Below are positions 48,380 through 62,217 of a stretch of DNA of 64,000 nt, one piece after another; within the stretch, counting starts at the first letter, position 1, and every line of letters starts with the position of its first letter. The DNA lies in assembly GCA_002269645.1 (NCBI GenBank), contig NIVC01001918.1:117152-181151 (forward strand), written 5' to 3'. This DNA comes from Macrostomum lignano. Its lineage: Eukaryota. Position numbers and translations under genes: made by a program. The notes beneath the pieces are model-generated. The model was not told the DNA's origin and searched no databases. It saw only the letters and a list, made by a program, of their open reading frames with translations.

Positions 48380-49186
48380 ATGATGCTGACGATCGTCTGC
48401 CTTTTTGAGCCCTCCATCTCATTCCTGTGCAATTATGCTGGCCTGTCCGCCATCTGCTTCTGCATTACATGGCTGCTGTTTCAATACTGCTCTCCCACTG
48501 CCGCCATAAGTAATAAAACAGAGCCAGTGCCGGCCATTTGCCAGGCAAGCAACAGCCTCAGCCCGGCCAGCGAAGTTGCGCTTCAGCTAGCAACCGCCGT
48601 AGGCCAGCGGTTGAGGCCCGCCCACCCGTCGGTCAGGTTCAATCTCACGGCGGCAAACCTGCTGAAGTATTCTAGAACAGAAGGCAGCAGATGGCTAATC
48701 AAACAAATCCTTACTAGGAAAAACTTCCGCAAGATCCCTAGGCTCCGCAGCCAACCAGCTGCGGTCGACCATCGCAACCCAGTGCGGCGGCTACGTCGTT
48801 TAGGCAGGCGGCAGGTGCCACTGGCCGATGGGCCAGCAAATCAAGAGGTGTTCAACCTGGTTTCGCAGGGCATTAATCAGCTGCCACCACCGCAGCCGCC
48901 ACTTCAACTGCCACCTCCGGAACCCAATCAAAACAATGAGCCATGACAGGAGCCGCAACCGCCGCCGCCGCCACCGCCACCGCCGCCGCCACCGTTGCCA
49001 CCGCAGATTCCGCCTCCCGAGCAGGAGCCGCCGAATCCAGTGCCGCCGCCAGTGCCTGAGCCTGAGCCAATTGAACAGATGCAAAACCCCCAGCCAATGG
49101 CTCCGGCATCGATGAAGATGGAGTTTCAATGCCCACCCGGACAGAAAATCAATTTTACATTCTCAATGGAAAATGTTGCCGCTTGA
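48380..49186 (+). pseudogene. Reading frame of about 270 codons split by one in-frame TGA (48944-46), Pro-rich C-terminal half; possible mobile-element relic
   Basis: ORFs 48380-48946 and 48995-49186 are in the same frame; family not confidently recognised. Confidence 0.35.
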
Positions 49187-50950
49187 GTGGACAGCAAAGT
49201 TTTCTGTGTAAATAAGAAGTGGAGATCTTTAATCTGTAATATTTTATCGCATAGACCACAGTAGTATAACAGGAGGTGAAACTCAAAGATCGCGTTCTTA
49301 GAGGCCAATTTTCTGAAGAAAAAAACTGCGGAGATAGAAAGAATTCCTTTTTATCACAAAATCAATGACTGCATTTGATCTGTGGCAGTGAATATTACCA
49401 TTTCTTTAATTTAGCATGCACAACATATTTATCTTGTATTTTATATAGTTGTGTAGTGAAAGCGTGTGAACAGTAGCAGCATTGGCCTTCGGCTTCATCT
49501 GGTCGATAACCTCTGCTCAACGACCTGCAATCAATCAGTCTGTTGAATTTGGTCACAGGAGAAATCCCAAGTCATGCTGAGTTTATGATTGGTTTGGTGA
49601 ATCGAGGCTAGCTGAACCTGTTTTATTGCTGGGAGTTTCCCTTACCTGACCCCCCGTTCAGCATCTGTATATGATTATTGCTTTATTTGCTACTTGCTCT
49701 ATATTGTGCTAGTCTTAGAGGCAGTATTTGCCAGGCTAATACACAACTAATCTATTGTTCTAATTCGTTAAGAGAAGTGAAAGTGTCGTATTGAAGAGAA
49801 CTATTTTCAAATTGTTTTATGCCTTTCTCGCTATGGAAGCTTATAGATAATGAAAAGCTAAAATTAGTCGGCTGCAGTGGACTAACAGACAAACAGCTCC
49901 TCTACTTTTAGTTCTCCGATCTTTGTCAGATCCAGGCACTAGATTATAGTCAGGTGTACCCTTTTATGCCTTATCTCTGATATCCGGTGGCGAATTAAAT
50001 GAAATTTAACTACGGCCTTCGAGATTGACACAGCAAAAAGAAACTATAGTTGTACTACTGGTCGGAAACCCGATTTTTAAATGGTTTCTCCTATATAATT
50101 TCTTTGAGCCCTAGTGCATGTAAAAACAGCCCCATACACGCAGATTTAATACTAAAAATAAAAAATGTACATGTAAAATGTAATATGCATGTACACTTTA
50201 TAGATTACAATAGTTTTACACGTACAGTAAAGAAAAAACCTGTACTTGATCTAAACTAGCCTCTACACAATCATGCATATACAATTTACATCTTGCACAT
50301 GTACAAGTACGTACAGCAATCCGACATCGGCAACTTCGGCTGACGTCCAGAAGTCATCGAACGTCGATTAGATTAAGTCGGGAACGTCAGTACTCAGACC
50401 TGCACCGACATGGGATTGCTGTGCGTGTACACGTACACCGTGATATGTATCCCACTAATGCCAGTTCACCTTATCTCGCTTCCCTATACTTATCTTGATT
50501 GTACCTCGAAGCTTTTGCATGGCTATATGTTACTTTTTGTACAGTACTCATTCCCTATAGTCTCTTGAACAAGATATATTTAAATGCATTATGTAGGTGT
50601 ACATGAAGGATCTTTGACGAACTTCTAAAGTGATAAAGTGACATAGTAACGGTTTAAATGTATCATAGTTGACGAAAAGGCATTTGGTAAGGGAACTTTA
50701 ATGTCAGACTACTGCCACTGATGTCTGCTACGTTCCACTAGTCAGGCTAGCTGGATCAGTGCATAGAAAAGATATTCGCCAGGATAGTTATAACTTTTAC
50801 GAATGCTATATTAACAAAAAAGACGAATTGATATGACTTATTTTTAATAACAATTTTATGATAGAGTAAAGGTAAAGTTACAGCGTGCTATAAAAACGGG
50901 GTAAATAATTCAAATTTATTTTGTTTTTGCGACATAAAATTGGTATAATA

Positions 50951-51081
50951 TATAAAGTCGTCCGCGCCCGCCAAAGCCTTCGTCCGGACGATTTGAAAGT
51001 CGATTACACGCGTAACACTAATCCTACACTAATCCTAACGTCTGCTTAATTCTACCTTGCGCGACTATCTACTAGGTAAGC
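50951..51081 (+). promoter_or_regulatory. Candidate PEPCK TATA box and non-coding first exon
   Basis: TATAAA at 50951-56 followed by a GC-richer stretch and a CTAG|GTAAGC donor at 51076; acceptor at 52094 with an in-frame TAA before the ATG; linkage is inferred. Confidence 0.45.
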
Positions 51082-52118
51082 AAAATAAAAATTCTGTTAG
51101 CTTTAGCAGGCTGGTATCTAAAACTCCTACTAAAATAAAAAGTACTTAATATTAAATTGTTCGAAAAACATGCTTTCATAGGCCACCGCCAACGGCTAAT
51201 AAATTTTGGTATTTAGACTTATTGAAATTGCAGTAAAAACGGAATTAGGCCTGAAACATTTTTTCAATTTTTAATTTTCTGAAATTAGTATATGATAGAG
51301 ATTTAGTATATTTAGATTTGATTAGCAAACTATTAAATAGCATAGCACATATATAAGACCATAGTTTGGAACACCCTGAAGGTATGCTGGACTAAAATCT
51401 CCTACAATTTTTTTGGTATGCCAGTGCCAGTGTATGCCAAACTTTTTCCAACCCAAAATTGTAATCCCAGAAAAAAACAAGCCTTGTTACAAGCCTTATT
51501 TCTGGTTTTGCAGCTCAGCAAATTTCTTGCTCCTTTGTTTCACTTTTTTGCTGATATTCTTTACATCAGAAAAACAATGCATGCCAAGATTTATTTCATT
51601 ATCTCAAAATACTTACTTTCCAATTAAATACTTTTATTTCACAATTTGATTCTACAACTGCAAGAACATGTATACCAGATTTTACAAAAAGTTGTCTCAC
51701 CAAGTGTATGCCAAAAGTCATGAGTGTGTTGGATTAATCTGGCATACCACCCCTCTTTGAGACTATGGATATAAGATATAAAAAACCTACTTTCATTTTT
51801 GAAATAGGGTAGAGTTAAATTTTGCACAAAAAACTTAAAATAATATCTTAGGTGAAATAAAATAAAGTATTCAATTTTATTAATTCATAGAATGAGTTGA
51901 TATAAATGACTTTATTTTTTTACCATAAAATATTTTTATATACACTTTATAGAATAAAAAACTAGGCCCGTATAATTTTTATTTAAATTTATACTTGCCT
52001 ATGAGACTAACTCTGACTAGGAGTATAATCTAGACTATAGATTACTTATGTTTTTAATCTAATAAATTTTTATTGATATTCTTTATATCCACAGATCTAA
52101 TCAACTCAAGCAAGAAGA

Positions 52119-52554
52119 ATGTGGCGACTAAAAGAATCAGCCTTTGAAGTGCATGAGATTGTTGTACCTCATATTGGCCATGTGCCAGTTGCCAAGGGTG
52201 ACTTCAAGTATTTGCCCAAGCAGGTTCAAGATTTTGTTACCCAATGGGTTGATGTGTGCCAGCCTAGGGCTGTGTATATCTGTGATGGATCTGTGGAAGA
52301 AGCTGAAGAAATCACTGCTAAGCTGATGGAGCGCGGCACTCTGCACAAGCTCACTAAGTACCCCAACACCTACATCTGTCGCACTGATCCGCGTGACGTT
52401 GCCCGCGTTGAATCGCGCACAGTCGTGTGCTCAGTTGATCGCTATGCCACCGAGTGTCACACCAAAGACGGTGCTGCATCCCAGCTGGCCCACTGGATTA
52501 GTCCCGAAAATATGGACGCCGCCATGCAAGAGCGATTTCCTGGCTGCATGGCTG
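52119..52554 (+). CDS. PCK: GTP-dependent phosphoenolpyruvate carboxykinase, coding exon 1 of 4 (633 aa)
   Basis: GDFKYLP, YICDGSVEE, RTDPRDVARVESRT, ERFPGCMAG; GTCAGT donor at 52555, phase 1. Confidence 0.95.
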
Positions 52555-52636
52555 GTCAGTTATTAATACAATAAAATTAATAATTCAGATATCAGTGCAC
52601 AGTGTAGAGATGACGCCAAACCCAACCAATTTGCAG

Positions 52637-52864
52637 GCCGCATGATGTACGTGATCCCATTCTCCATGGGTCCTATTGGCTCGCCATTGTCTAAGATTGG
52701 CGTCGAACTCACCGACTCCAACTATGTTGTGCTGTGCATGCGCTTGATGACGCGCGTGTCGCACGATATCTGGCGCGTGCTCGGCAACAACGAGTTCGTT
52801 CGCTGCCTGCACAGCGTCGGTTGTCCTCGTCCAGTCAACTACCGAGTTGTCAATCATTGGTCTT
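52637..52864 (+). CDS. PCK: PEPCK coding exon 2
   Basis: [50 protein letters not shown]; GTAAGT donor at 52865, phase 1. Confidence 0.96.
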
Positions 52865-53339
52865 GTAAGTTCAGTAGTTTCTATATAACTAAAATAGGAA
52901 CCTAAGTTGATAACAATAAAAGTTCTTTACGTTCTTAAATGTAGATTGTTTCTATAATAATAATATAGGCTTGAAACAAATGGATTCATTCCGCCTATCT
53001 GTAGGCCTATAACTGTTTCAAAGTCAAAGATAGCAAGTCCCAGATATGCAGTTCTATGGGGTTCATCAATGGGCTCATCAATGGATTCATTGGACCGCCA
53101 CCAGCGTGTTGCGTCAACTCCCCCCCCCCAATCTGCTAATCTGTCTGGCAGTGGCGGCGGCAGTCTTCGCACATTTCTGAATCACCGATGGCATGCAAAA
53201 ACTTTTGGGCCGAGTGGCAGGCAGTGTGAGGGAGGTGGGGCTTTAGCTGTTGCTGAGTGTAAATGTGCGCGCAGTGTAATACGCTTGTACAGAGGAAAAA
53301 GTGGTAGACAGAACTAAGTATCAAGAATAGGAATTTAGC

Positions 53340-55740
53340 CAGGGGTTGTGCTATTATTCATACCAAACTAAGGTCGGTTGTTTTCGGTTCAGAAGAAGGT
53401 CGTCATTTTTTTCTACCCACCCCAGACTTCGCGCTTGCTAGTTAGTCAGAACTGGGTTGGGTTGAACACTTCAGACCGGACTGTGGGTAAATAAAAGCCA
53501 ATGTACATACATATGCGTACATTCGCGCACTACCCCTGGGCTGACTAAAAAACGCGTCAAGGTCGCCCGGCTGTTGCTGGCCTTGTCCTGTACCCGGGAG
53601 GGTTGGTTTGTACAGGGTAAATAGATAAAAAGTTTGCAGCTAACTAATGCGTGTTATTCGAATATTTTAGAATGCTAGCGCTTAAATCAAACCATTCCCG
53701 ATTGTATTTCATCGATTTATATCTTTATTTCAGTTTCCTTCAACTTTGTTGGGAAAGAGTTTTGAGACTTCCTGTCGCATAAACTTGTGCTCCTGCTCTA
53801 CTAATGAAACTCATGTCATTTGTGAATAATTAATTAAGCTTTAAAACGAGATCAAGTTTCTCAAAATCTGTATTTTTTGAGGAACTTTGTGCTAGTTAGG
53901 TAGTAAGGTCACTTATGTTACATATCTCCAGTGCTCCCTGTGTTGGTAGTAAGGATCGCAGAATCCTGACTTGCTGATCCCGGGATGGATAAAACTCATT
54001 TATACCTACCAGACTATTACGAATACGAATCCACGATATCATTATTCATACACATACTTGTTTTGCTGCACGTCATCCACTACATTTAGTATGGCAAGCT
54101 TGAACGTAGTTCTTTGCCCATCTGCCAGTTTCCTATTGCTAAAAAGCTACGTAAATAAGAATGCGTAATAAAGATATTTTTAGGACTAATATTTTTGCTT
54201 TTAGCTGGGTCAAAACAGTGACTCCTAAAAATAGCATCATTTTTCGCTTCCAGTCCAGTGGTGCTAGCTCTAGAAGTCCCTGTTCAAAACGAAAAAAAAC
54301 AGTAAACAGTAAACAGTTGGGGTCACAAAATGACAAGTGGACACTAGTCGCTGGTCTAGTTAGTGATTAGTTAGTATCACAGATACTATAAACAGTATCT
54401 GTACTCAACTAAACTACCTTGTTACTTTTTAGCCAAAAAAATACATTTGCAGCATTTCAAGGGCAGAAAGGGTCACACAGTTGCTTCCCCCAAACGCTAT
54501 GATAGTTGTGAGTGCCCCTGTAGGCCAGCTAAAATCTTGTGTCTAGCTCAGTGGTCGTCAAACTCTGACCGGCGGGCCTGCAAAGCCTCTCTATCTATCT
54601 GAAATTTAAAATTTCACACAATTTATAGCAATCCGGGTTTGTGTCTATTCTCAGCTCTCTTTCTCTCTTCTCTTATCTCTTCTCTCCTGTCCCCTCTCCT
54701 CTCCTCTCTTCCCTCTCCTCTCCCCTCTGGCCCGCAGTCATGCGCTAGATCACTGGATCAGAGGTCGGCAACCTTTCTCCACTCAAGGGCCAGATGAGGT
54801 TTTCAGTCCAAGACCACGGGCCACAGCCCACAGGGGCGCACCCCGAGGGGTGGGGGCGGTCCCCCCCTTAGGCGGAGACCTAAAGAAAATCAGAGGGAGG
54901 ACCAAACGCATTTTTGCCACAATACAGGAGCCGCCCCTTCCGCCCCCCCCCCTGGGGTCTTTACCCTCCAAAATCCGCCCCTCAAAAAAATTCTGGTTGC
55001 GCCACTGACAGGCCAGAATATTCGATACTGAAGAACCAGATATAAAAAATTAATACAATTGGATGTATTCTAAGAAAGTCCGATTCTACTGTACAGTCAG
55101 CCCTATCAATGTACATTGGTACTCCCGTTGTTGGCCAGCTCCACCACCCCACTTTCCTTCGCCGGCAGTTCCCCTATTTCTATTCTATTCGAAGTTTGAA
55201 CTGATGTGCTGTCTGTCTAGACTTTGTAAACAGCCACTCACACTCAGTTCGTGTCTCATTACTCATTTGTCATTAAAATTGACAATTAAGGGGAGGAATT
55301 CCCAATAGGGGACAAAAGTTTTGTGGGCTGTTTTTAGCTTTTTTTACCTGCGCTGTTTTTAGCATCTAACGGAATGTGAAAGTTTGTGAGATTGTAAAAC
55401 AGAGGTCAGCAAACATCGGCCTGCGGGCCACATGCGGCCCGTGAAGCCTCTATCCGGCCCTCGGGTTCTTTGAAATTTTACAATAGCAATCCGGCCCGCT
55501 TGAGTTTTGTGTCTCTTCTCAGCTCCCTAGTCGAATCTTTCCTCTCGTCTCGCTTCTCTCCTCTTCTCTCTCCTCCTCTCTCTCCTATCCTTTCTCCTCT
55601 CTCCACTCCTGTTTCTTCTCTCCTCTAAAACTAAATTACTAATAATCCCTCCATAGTTAATTTAGTTATTGGAGGGTACTAAAACTAAAAGTAGCTCACA
55701 CGCAAATGTGCTGAGTGGCCCATCTAGCTATTCTAGTTCT
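53340..55740. mobile_element. Cluster of short MITE-like fragments in PEPCK intron 2 (ends such as CAGGGGT(T/A)GTGC, CAGTGGTCGTCAAAC, CAGAGGTCGGCAAC, CAGAGGTCAGCAAAC)
   Basis: hAT-type terminal motifs; one clear TIR pair at 53340-53538; target-site duplications not recognised. Confidence 0.45.
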
Positions 55741-55835
55741 AGATCTGCGGTTACAGTAAGCAAAAAAGTTACGTAAATCACATTTTTCACAAAGACATTG
55801 TGTTGCAAAGACGATAATTTAATTTGCAACCTTAG

Positions 55836-56584
55836 GCAACCCCGAGAAGGTGATCATCGCCCATATGCCAGACGATCGGATGGTGGTTAGCTACGGGTCC
55901 GGCTACGGCGGCAACTCCCTGCTAGGCAAGAAGTGCTTCGCCCTTCGCATTGCCGGCCGAATTGCCTACGACGAAGGCTGGATGGCCGAGCACATGCTAA
56001 TTATGAGCGTCACCAATCCTAAGGGTGTTGAAAAATTCTTCGTTGCCGCGTTCCCGTCCGCCTGCGGCAAGACCAACTTGGCCATGATTCAGCCTACCCT
56101 GCCCGGCTACACTGTGCGCTGTGTTGGAGACGACATAGCCTGGATGCGGTTCAACAAAGACGGCCAGCTGATGGCTATCAACCCGGAGAACGGCTTCTTC
56201 GGCGTCGCCCCCGGCACCAACCACCAGACCAACCCCAACGCCATGGCCGCCCTGCAGCGCGACTGCATTCTCACTAACGTGGCCGAGACAGCCGACGGCG
56301 GCTACTTCTGGGAGGGCCTGGAAGACGAAGTGGACAAGGACATCCCAATCACTACTTGGCTAGGCAAGCCCTACAAGATTGGCAGCAAGGAGAATTATCC
56401 CTCCTCGCATCCCAACTCGCGTTTTACCGCCCCGGCTAAGAACTGCCCAATCATGCATCCCAAATGGGAGGACCCGGCCGGAGTGCCCATCTCTGGCATC
56501 ATCTTCGGCGGTCGCCGGCCCGAAGGCGTGCCGCTGGTCATCGAGGCCGAGGACTGGAAGCACGGCGTTTTCCTTGGCGCTCAA
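55836..56584 (+). CDS. PCK: PEPCK coding exon 3
   Basis: [83 protein letters not shown]. Confidence 0.98.
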
Positions 56585-56850
56585 GTGAGTTGATTAGGCT
56601 TATTGCAGACCTCGTAGCCACTATTCTACCGTAGACGTCTTACTCATGCACTCGGAGAGAGAAAGTAAGAGAGCTGTGACCTTAAGCGGACTGGATCGCC
56701 ATTGTGATGTTTCATAGGACCCGAGTTCTGGATAGAGAGACTTCGTGGACCGGAGTTTGCCGACCCCTGGTCTAACGAAAAAAACGCTTATGTTTGATGA
56801 TTAGAAAGCATGATTAATAATTGATAATAATTAATAATTGATTATTTCAG

Positions 56851-57339
56851 GTGAAGTCAGAGGCCACGGCCGCCGCGGAGTTCAAGGGCAAGCAGATCAT
56901 GCACGACCCCATGGCGATGCGACCGTTCCTTGGCTACAACTTCGGCAAGTACCTGCAGCATTGGCTAGACATGGAGAAGCCCGGCCGCAAGATGCCAAAG
57001 ATCTTCCACGTCAACTGGTTCCGCAAGGATCAAAACGAAAAATTTCTCTGGCCAGGCTTTGGCGAGAACATCCGCGTTCTGGACTGGATGATGCGCCGCG
57101 TCGACGGCGAGGACATCGCCGAGCCAACCGCTGTCGGCCTGGTGCCCAAGGAGGGCAGCATCAACACGGATGGCCTGAACATCAACTGGAAGGAGCTGTT
57201 CAGCATCCCGCCTGACTACTGGAAGGGCGACATCCACGAGACTAGGCGCTACCTCGAGGAGCAGGTGGGCGACGACATTCCGCCCGTGCTGCGATCCGAG
57301 CTCGACCGCGTTGAGGCTCGCGTTGACGCGATGAAGTGA
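56851..57339 (+). CDS. PCK: PEPCK coding exon 4 (terminal)
   Basis: SEATAAAE, MHDPMAMRPFLGYNFGKYLQHW, PKIFHVNWFRK, WPGFGENIRVLDW. Confidence 0.98.
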   Translation: MKSEATAAAEFKGKQIMHDPMAMRPFLGYNFGKYLQHWLDMEKPGRKMPKIFHVNWFRKDQNEKFLWPGFGENIRVLDWMMRRVDGEDIAEPTAVGLVPKEGSINTDGLNINWKELFSIPPDYWKGDIHETRRYLEEQVGDDIPPVLRSELDRVEARVDAMK

Positions 57340-58469
57340 AGCGGAAGATGAGCGCTGGACACGGAATGCGTCCGTGTTGATTGGATTTTTTAATCGCGGT
57401 TTTTGTCCAGCTTTTGTCTTGTTGGGTGTTTGGTGTTCCTTAGACTCCGCTTGCTGTTTATTTCCCACCTGTCCTGTTCATCCTGTTTGGTATAATAAAT
57501 AGATAGCCAGTTATCTTTGGCATCTCGAATTCCCTTACAACTATTGCCCAACTGTAACTGTCCACTGTCAAGTTTCCTAAAAATAAATCTAAAGAAAAAG
57601 ATGCTATAAAAACACCGATTTTCATATTCACAGGCGGTGCACAATTTCAAAGCTGTCTATTGTTATTAGTGACGCACTTTTTAAATACCGGTAAATTTAG
57701 AAGTATTTCTCTTAAAGAAGCTTTCTTACCCAACAGTCTGTTTTGTTGTTTTATTTAGTCGCAATACAGATCAAGCTTGGCATGGCATTAGCTATTTTAT
57801 TCATTATAGAAAACTTTTTCAACATTTTGCTGATTTATATATTTATGTGTGCTAATTATTGTTTTCAACTCGCTGCCGATTTTTCTTTGATAGCAGCAAC
57901 AAGCACTGAATGTTTCATAAATATTTTAAGTCTATCTAATAGTAAATGAGCTTTGTTAGTTATTATTATTATTATTTGCTTCAATCTTACCCCACTTATA
58001 CGATTAAAATAGCCGAAACAATATAATAAAATACTTAAAATCGCGATTGTTTTCCTCATCGAATAATTAATAAATAGCGACTTAGTTTCTGATTGTGTTC
58101 TTTTATTAAGCAGTAGGCGCGGTGACGGGTCGCATTCGCGTTTTTATTAGAGGTAGGGGAGCTCTAGCTGTGCACCCTGGTGCACTTTAAGCGACTTTGT
58201 CACACAACCGGCGAGAGGCATTACTGCCTGCCCATTCCGCCGACTCCCCTGAGCAGGCAGACAAGCGCACGGATATGAAAAAATGATTTTCTATCTCCGC
58301 AGTGTACATGTATTTTTTACAGGAAATCAACTTAAAATTTACACGATCTTTGAGTTTTACGTTCTGCTATATACAGTGGTCCTTGATACGTACGCAGTCA
58401 TACGCACACTCACACGGGAGTGTACTCTGTATATTCTGTATATATGATCTTGGGCATGAATTGGAAGTA

Positions 58470-59079
58470 CACTCAGCAACATTTAAAAGTTCCCACCCTT
58501 GCGCCAAGGGTCCATGGGCAGCACAATCGATGGTTTTGCCAATTGGTTTTGGGCCATAGACAAATGAGCAAAAAAGGGCAGGAAAGTAAAGACCGATATC
58601 TGGTGTCATATCTGGTGACAACGATAGTCCGCCAAATGACTGATTGGCGCACTTTGCGTTGGCCGTCCATGATCACCGGATATGAACCCGATTGAGCACG
58701 TGTGGGATTTCCTGAAGCGCACGATTAGTTGTAACAATCTCTATCCCCCAGACATGGTCCAGCTGCGCAATGCGCTTTCAGTCGCGTGGCAACAGCTTCC
58801 TCAAGACTTTCTGCGGCGCCTTGTATGGGAATGACTCGACGAGTGAGCGGTCTGTTGGATGCTGTGGTTGCTATCTATACCCATGATAATGGCTATGCTT
58901 TAGACATGTACACAGCGTGGAAATGGGCATGGACTTGCTTGTTTCGCTGTTCATTCTTTGTTGCCTTATTTTGATTGTCTATGGCCCAAACATAATTGAA
59001 GAACTTTTCAATCCCTATTAATCGTTCAGCTAGTGTAGCCTTTTGTGCAGACGTGGACACTTTTCAATGTTGCTGAGTG
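58470..59079 (+). mobile_element. Internally deleted Tc1 element with a frameshifted transposase C-terminus
   Basis: TIR CACTCAGCAACATT with TA on both sides; the first 19 bp are identical to the end of the 33665 element; WPS...SPDMNPIEHVWDFLKR motif. Confidence 0.85.
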
Positions 59080-59111
59080 TAAGATATAACCAGAGAATAC
59101 TAAATTATCTA

Positions 59112-59348
59112 GCTAAATATAAAATTCCAAAGCAGCCTTCGCAGCTGAAGCCGATTTTACCGATCGGCGGGGCATCTAATTTTGCCCATAGACTATGACA
59201 GCTCATGCAGCTTTTATTGTGGCACTGCAAGCCTCTTTCAGTGAAGAAAACAGCACTGCAGAATCAAGGTGCTGATGTCTATGGCCAAAAGTAGATCTTT
59301 GTAAAATCGGCTTCAGCTGCGTTCTATATTTGGTATTCTATATTTAGC
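59112..59348. mobile_element. MITE with imperfect long TIRs and TA flanks
   Basis: GCTAAATAT...GCAGCTGAAGCCGATTTTAC...CCATAGAC is mirrored by GTCTATGG...GTAAAATCGGCTTCAGCTGC...ATATTTAGC. Confidence 0.7.
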
Positions 59349-61828
59349 TATGGCCACAACTATCAATCCTAAAGAAAAATAGGTCAGTCTGCAGATTAGC
59401 TACTTAGTTACAAGCTTTATGTTCTAGCTATGGCCAAACCAACAGATTGAGAACCGAATAAAATTTCAATGCCGACATGTAACTGTAGATGCTATCCCGA
59501 AAAATCTATGGCCATTCTACCGCCAATCGATATTCAAAATCATTCTATCAATTGTGAAGTTCTTTAGTCTATGGTTCTGGCCCGACAATCTTTGAAGCTA
59601 ACTTTTCTTTTCCATACAAGCTGTCCAGTCTTATCAAAGCTGTTGTTTTATCTAATCACTCTCCATAATCCTAAGCTGAAGACTAAGCTGAGTTTTTTTC
59701 TTGGATTTTCAATTACTCAGTAGTATTGGTGAGTCTTTATTCATCGACCATACCAAATTACACTGGTGTATAGTTAGCTTTCTTACGACTTTTATTTAAC
59801 CCTATCATGCTACTAACAGGCAAGTGAAGTGAAGTGAATTGATCAACCTTTCTTTGGCCTAGCCTAGAAAAACGCAATGCCATTTTAGTTAGGGTTCTTT
59901 TTCCTTTAAATTCATTCCATGCCCTTGCATTTGTATATACGCCCGTGACTAATCAATAGCAAGCCTTTCCATTTGACTCACTACCTACCCTCCAACCCAG
60001 CCCTGTTCCATTCAGTCTATCTGTTCCTGTTCCTTCCTCACCCGCCCGCTCATTCGCTCGCGCCCCTCTCCATAGCATTTACCCACCCCATTCCGCGTCC
60101 GTCCCCCACTGTACACACGAAGGACTGGAGAACGATTGGGGACAGAGAGGGAAGGCAGAACCTCGATAGAAAGGAAAGCAGGGCAGTTGTATAGGACCAA
60201 GCCATATTCACCCAGAGTCTAAAGCCCTAGCGGAGAAACCGCCTATTTCCTATCTAGCGACTAGCTAGGCTTTCTGCTAGCCTCTGCTGCGCACACGAAA
60301 AGAGAAGCAGAGAAAGATTCAGTCAAGCCACACAGCTAGTTCTGTCCTCCTAGCTAAAGCCGTTGCTTTAGTCTCATACGCGGTGTTCAGACTTAGCAGA
60401 TACAGCCAACGAGGCCAGTCAGCCTGTGTGCAACACTCGCTTATTCAGTGGCCTGTGTACCTCCTTCACCCTATACGCGCCCGGGACACCACAGCCTTGG
60501 ACTGGCTGATTTCCACACACCCACCTCAGCAAGGCCGGCCACACTCTCTGGCTGGAATCAAGCCTGAATTATACAGGCTAATATTTTTTCTTCTACTGAA
60601 GCATTTTGTGTGCTTATAAATTGACAGGATTCATTCATACAAGATCGTGTCGAAATCCCAGCATTGCGAGTAGCAATTTTTACTTGGAAGATTTACTTGC
60701 TTTTTTGATAAGTAGCTTTTTTGTTTTTTCCTTAGCTACGCATACATGTAGATGGATGCAAACTGCAAAACTCTGTTTTAAAACAAACCGTCTTTCGCAA
60801 AGATATTCGATTCAAATCGAATTCGGCACAATCGGTAAGTTTTTATTTAAGTGCAGTTCTAACTTCTAATATTATTATTCGACTTGTGTGGATATTCTGT
60901 TAAATTTAGGATAAATTAGATTTACAGTATAACAGCGCAAATTTGTACAACACGAACACAGTTTTAGTAGTTGGGCGGCTTGCCCAACACGCGGCGGCAG
61001 TGTAGTAATTTTATTTTTAGCTTTGAAGAGGTAGGAAAGTTGATTGAACACTGTAATACTGATATCATTAGCTATTATGGACATTAAATCTTACAAATAC
61101 AAAAATATAGTCTACTGTATAGTCTACCGAAGTTTCTATCAAATAATAGTAGTCTAGTTTTTTCTACAAGTCTGAATCTGATCGCTTATTTGAATTTGAA
61201 GTCTTCAATCTACTGGCACACTAATAGACAGGTGTTAAAAGCAGAATTTCCCAATCAAGCAGTTTGTTGGCAATGCTAAAACGCGTATAGTGTGGCTGTT
61301 GCATACTGTCCGAAAATTCTCAAGAAGAATTTCAGCCAAAAATGATTTATTTTATGAAAATGAGGTTTCAATTAATAGGCCCTTAAATATTTTCATATTT
61401 GAAGTTGGCCGGAACTTTGCTAGGAAGCTCTTTACCGTCTTTGCCAGGGGAGTCAACTTGTCTGATGAGGACCTACCGAGGACAAGATTGCCTACCCCAT
61501 ATTTATAACTTTGGTCATTGCGACCATGCGCGTCTCGCTTACTTTTGCGAGGTGCAATTTTTGCAGCCACCGCTTTGCTTTGAGGTGGCCAAGCTCCTTA
61601 GTATACTGAATGGATAAAAAAGTTTGTCAGTCGCACCTAGCAGATCTTAGTGATGCGTGTTTTGTTTAAAAAACAGCACTATTGTACTAATAGATTTACA
61701 TACACAACTAATTAGATGACGAGGCATTTTTGTATGTTAAGATGATCATAGTTACTCTCACCGTTTACCAGCAATTTAAAAATTTAGTTTAAAAATTTTG
61801 CTTTCTCCCCTTGTCCAGTCAAGCCCCG

Positions 61829-61950
61829 ATGAGTAAACGCAAACTCGCCGCCGCGTCTTCGGCGTCGACAATCGAACCAGTTGCTATGGCAACAGAACAG
61901 GATCGGCACGCATTCGCCACGAAATTGAGGGATTTTCATTACGCCAGAAA
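61829..61950 (+). CDS. ARID2: ARID2/BAF200 coding exon 1
   Basis: Hand translation MSKRKLAAASSASTIEPVAMATEQDRHAFATKLRDFHYAR resembles ARID helix 1; GTGAGT donor at 61951, phase 2. Confidence 0.8.
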
Positions 61951-62217
61951 GTGAGTAACAAATTGAAATGTTGAAAATATACCTTCTGATTGACACTGAT
62001 TTCTCCCCGTGTATGCCTGTAAGTGCACTATCGCTAAATACTGTTGGCGAATCCGTGAGGCTTATGGTACTAATATGTAATCATAAATTGAATAACTTCT
62101 TGACCGGCTCCGGGGCTTCCCACCGCTTGCTCCGCCGCCGCCGCCGTCCCTCCTGTACTTCTGACCTAAGCTGTACTTGGTTAAATAATCATTTTTGTTC
62201 AACAAAACTATTTTTAG

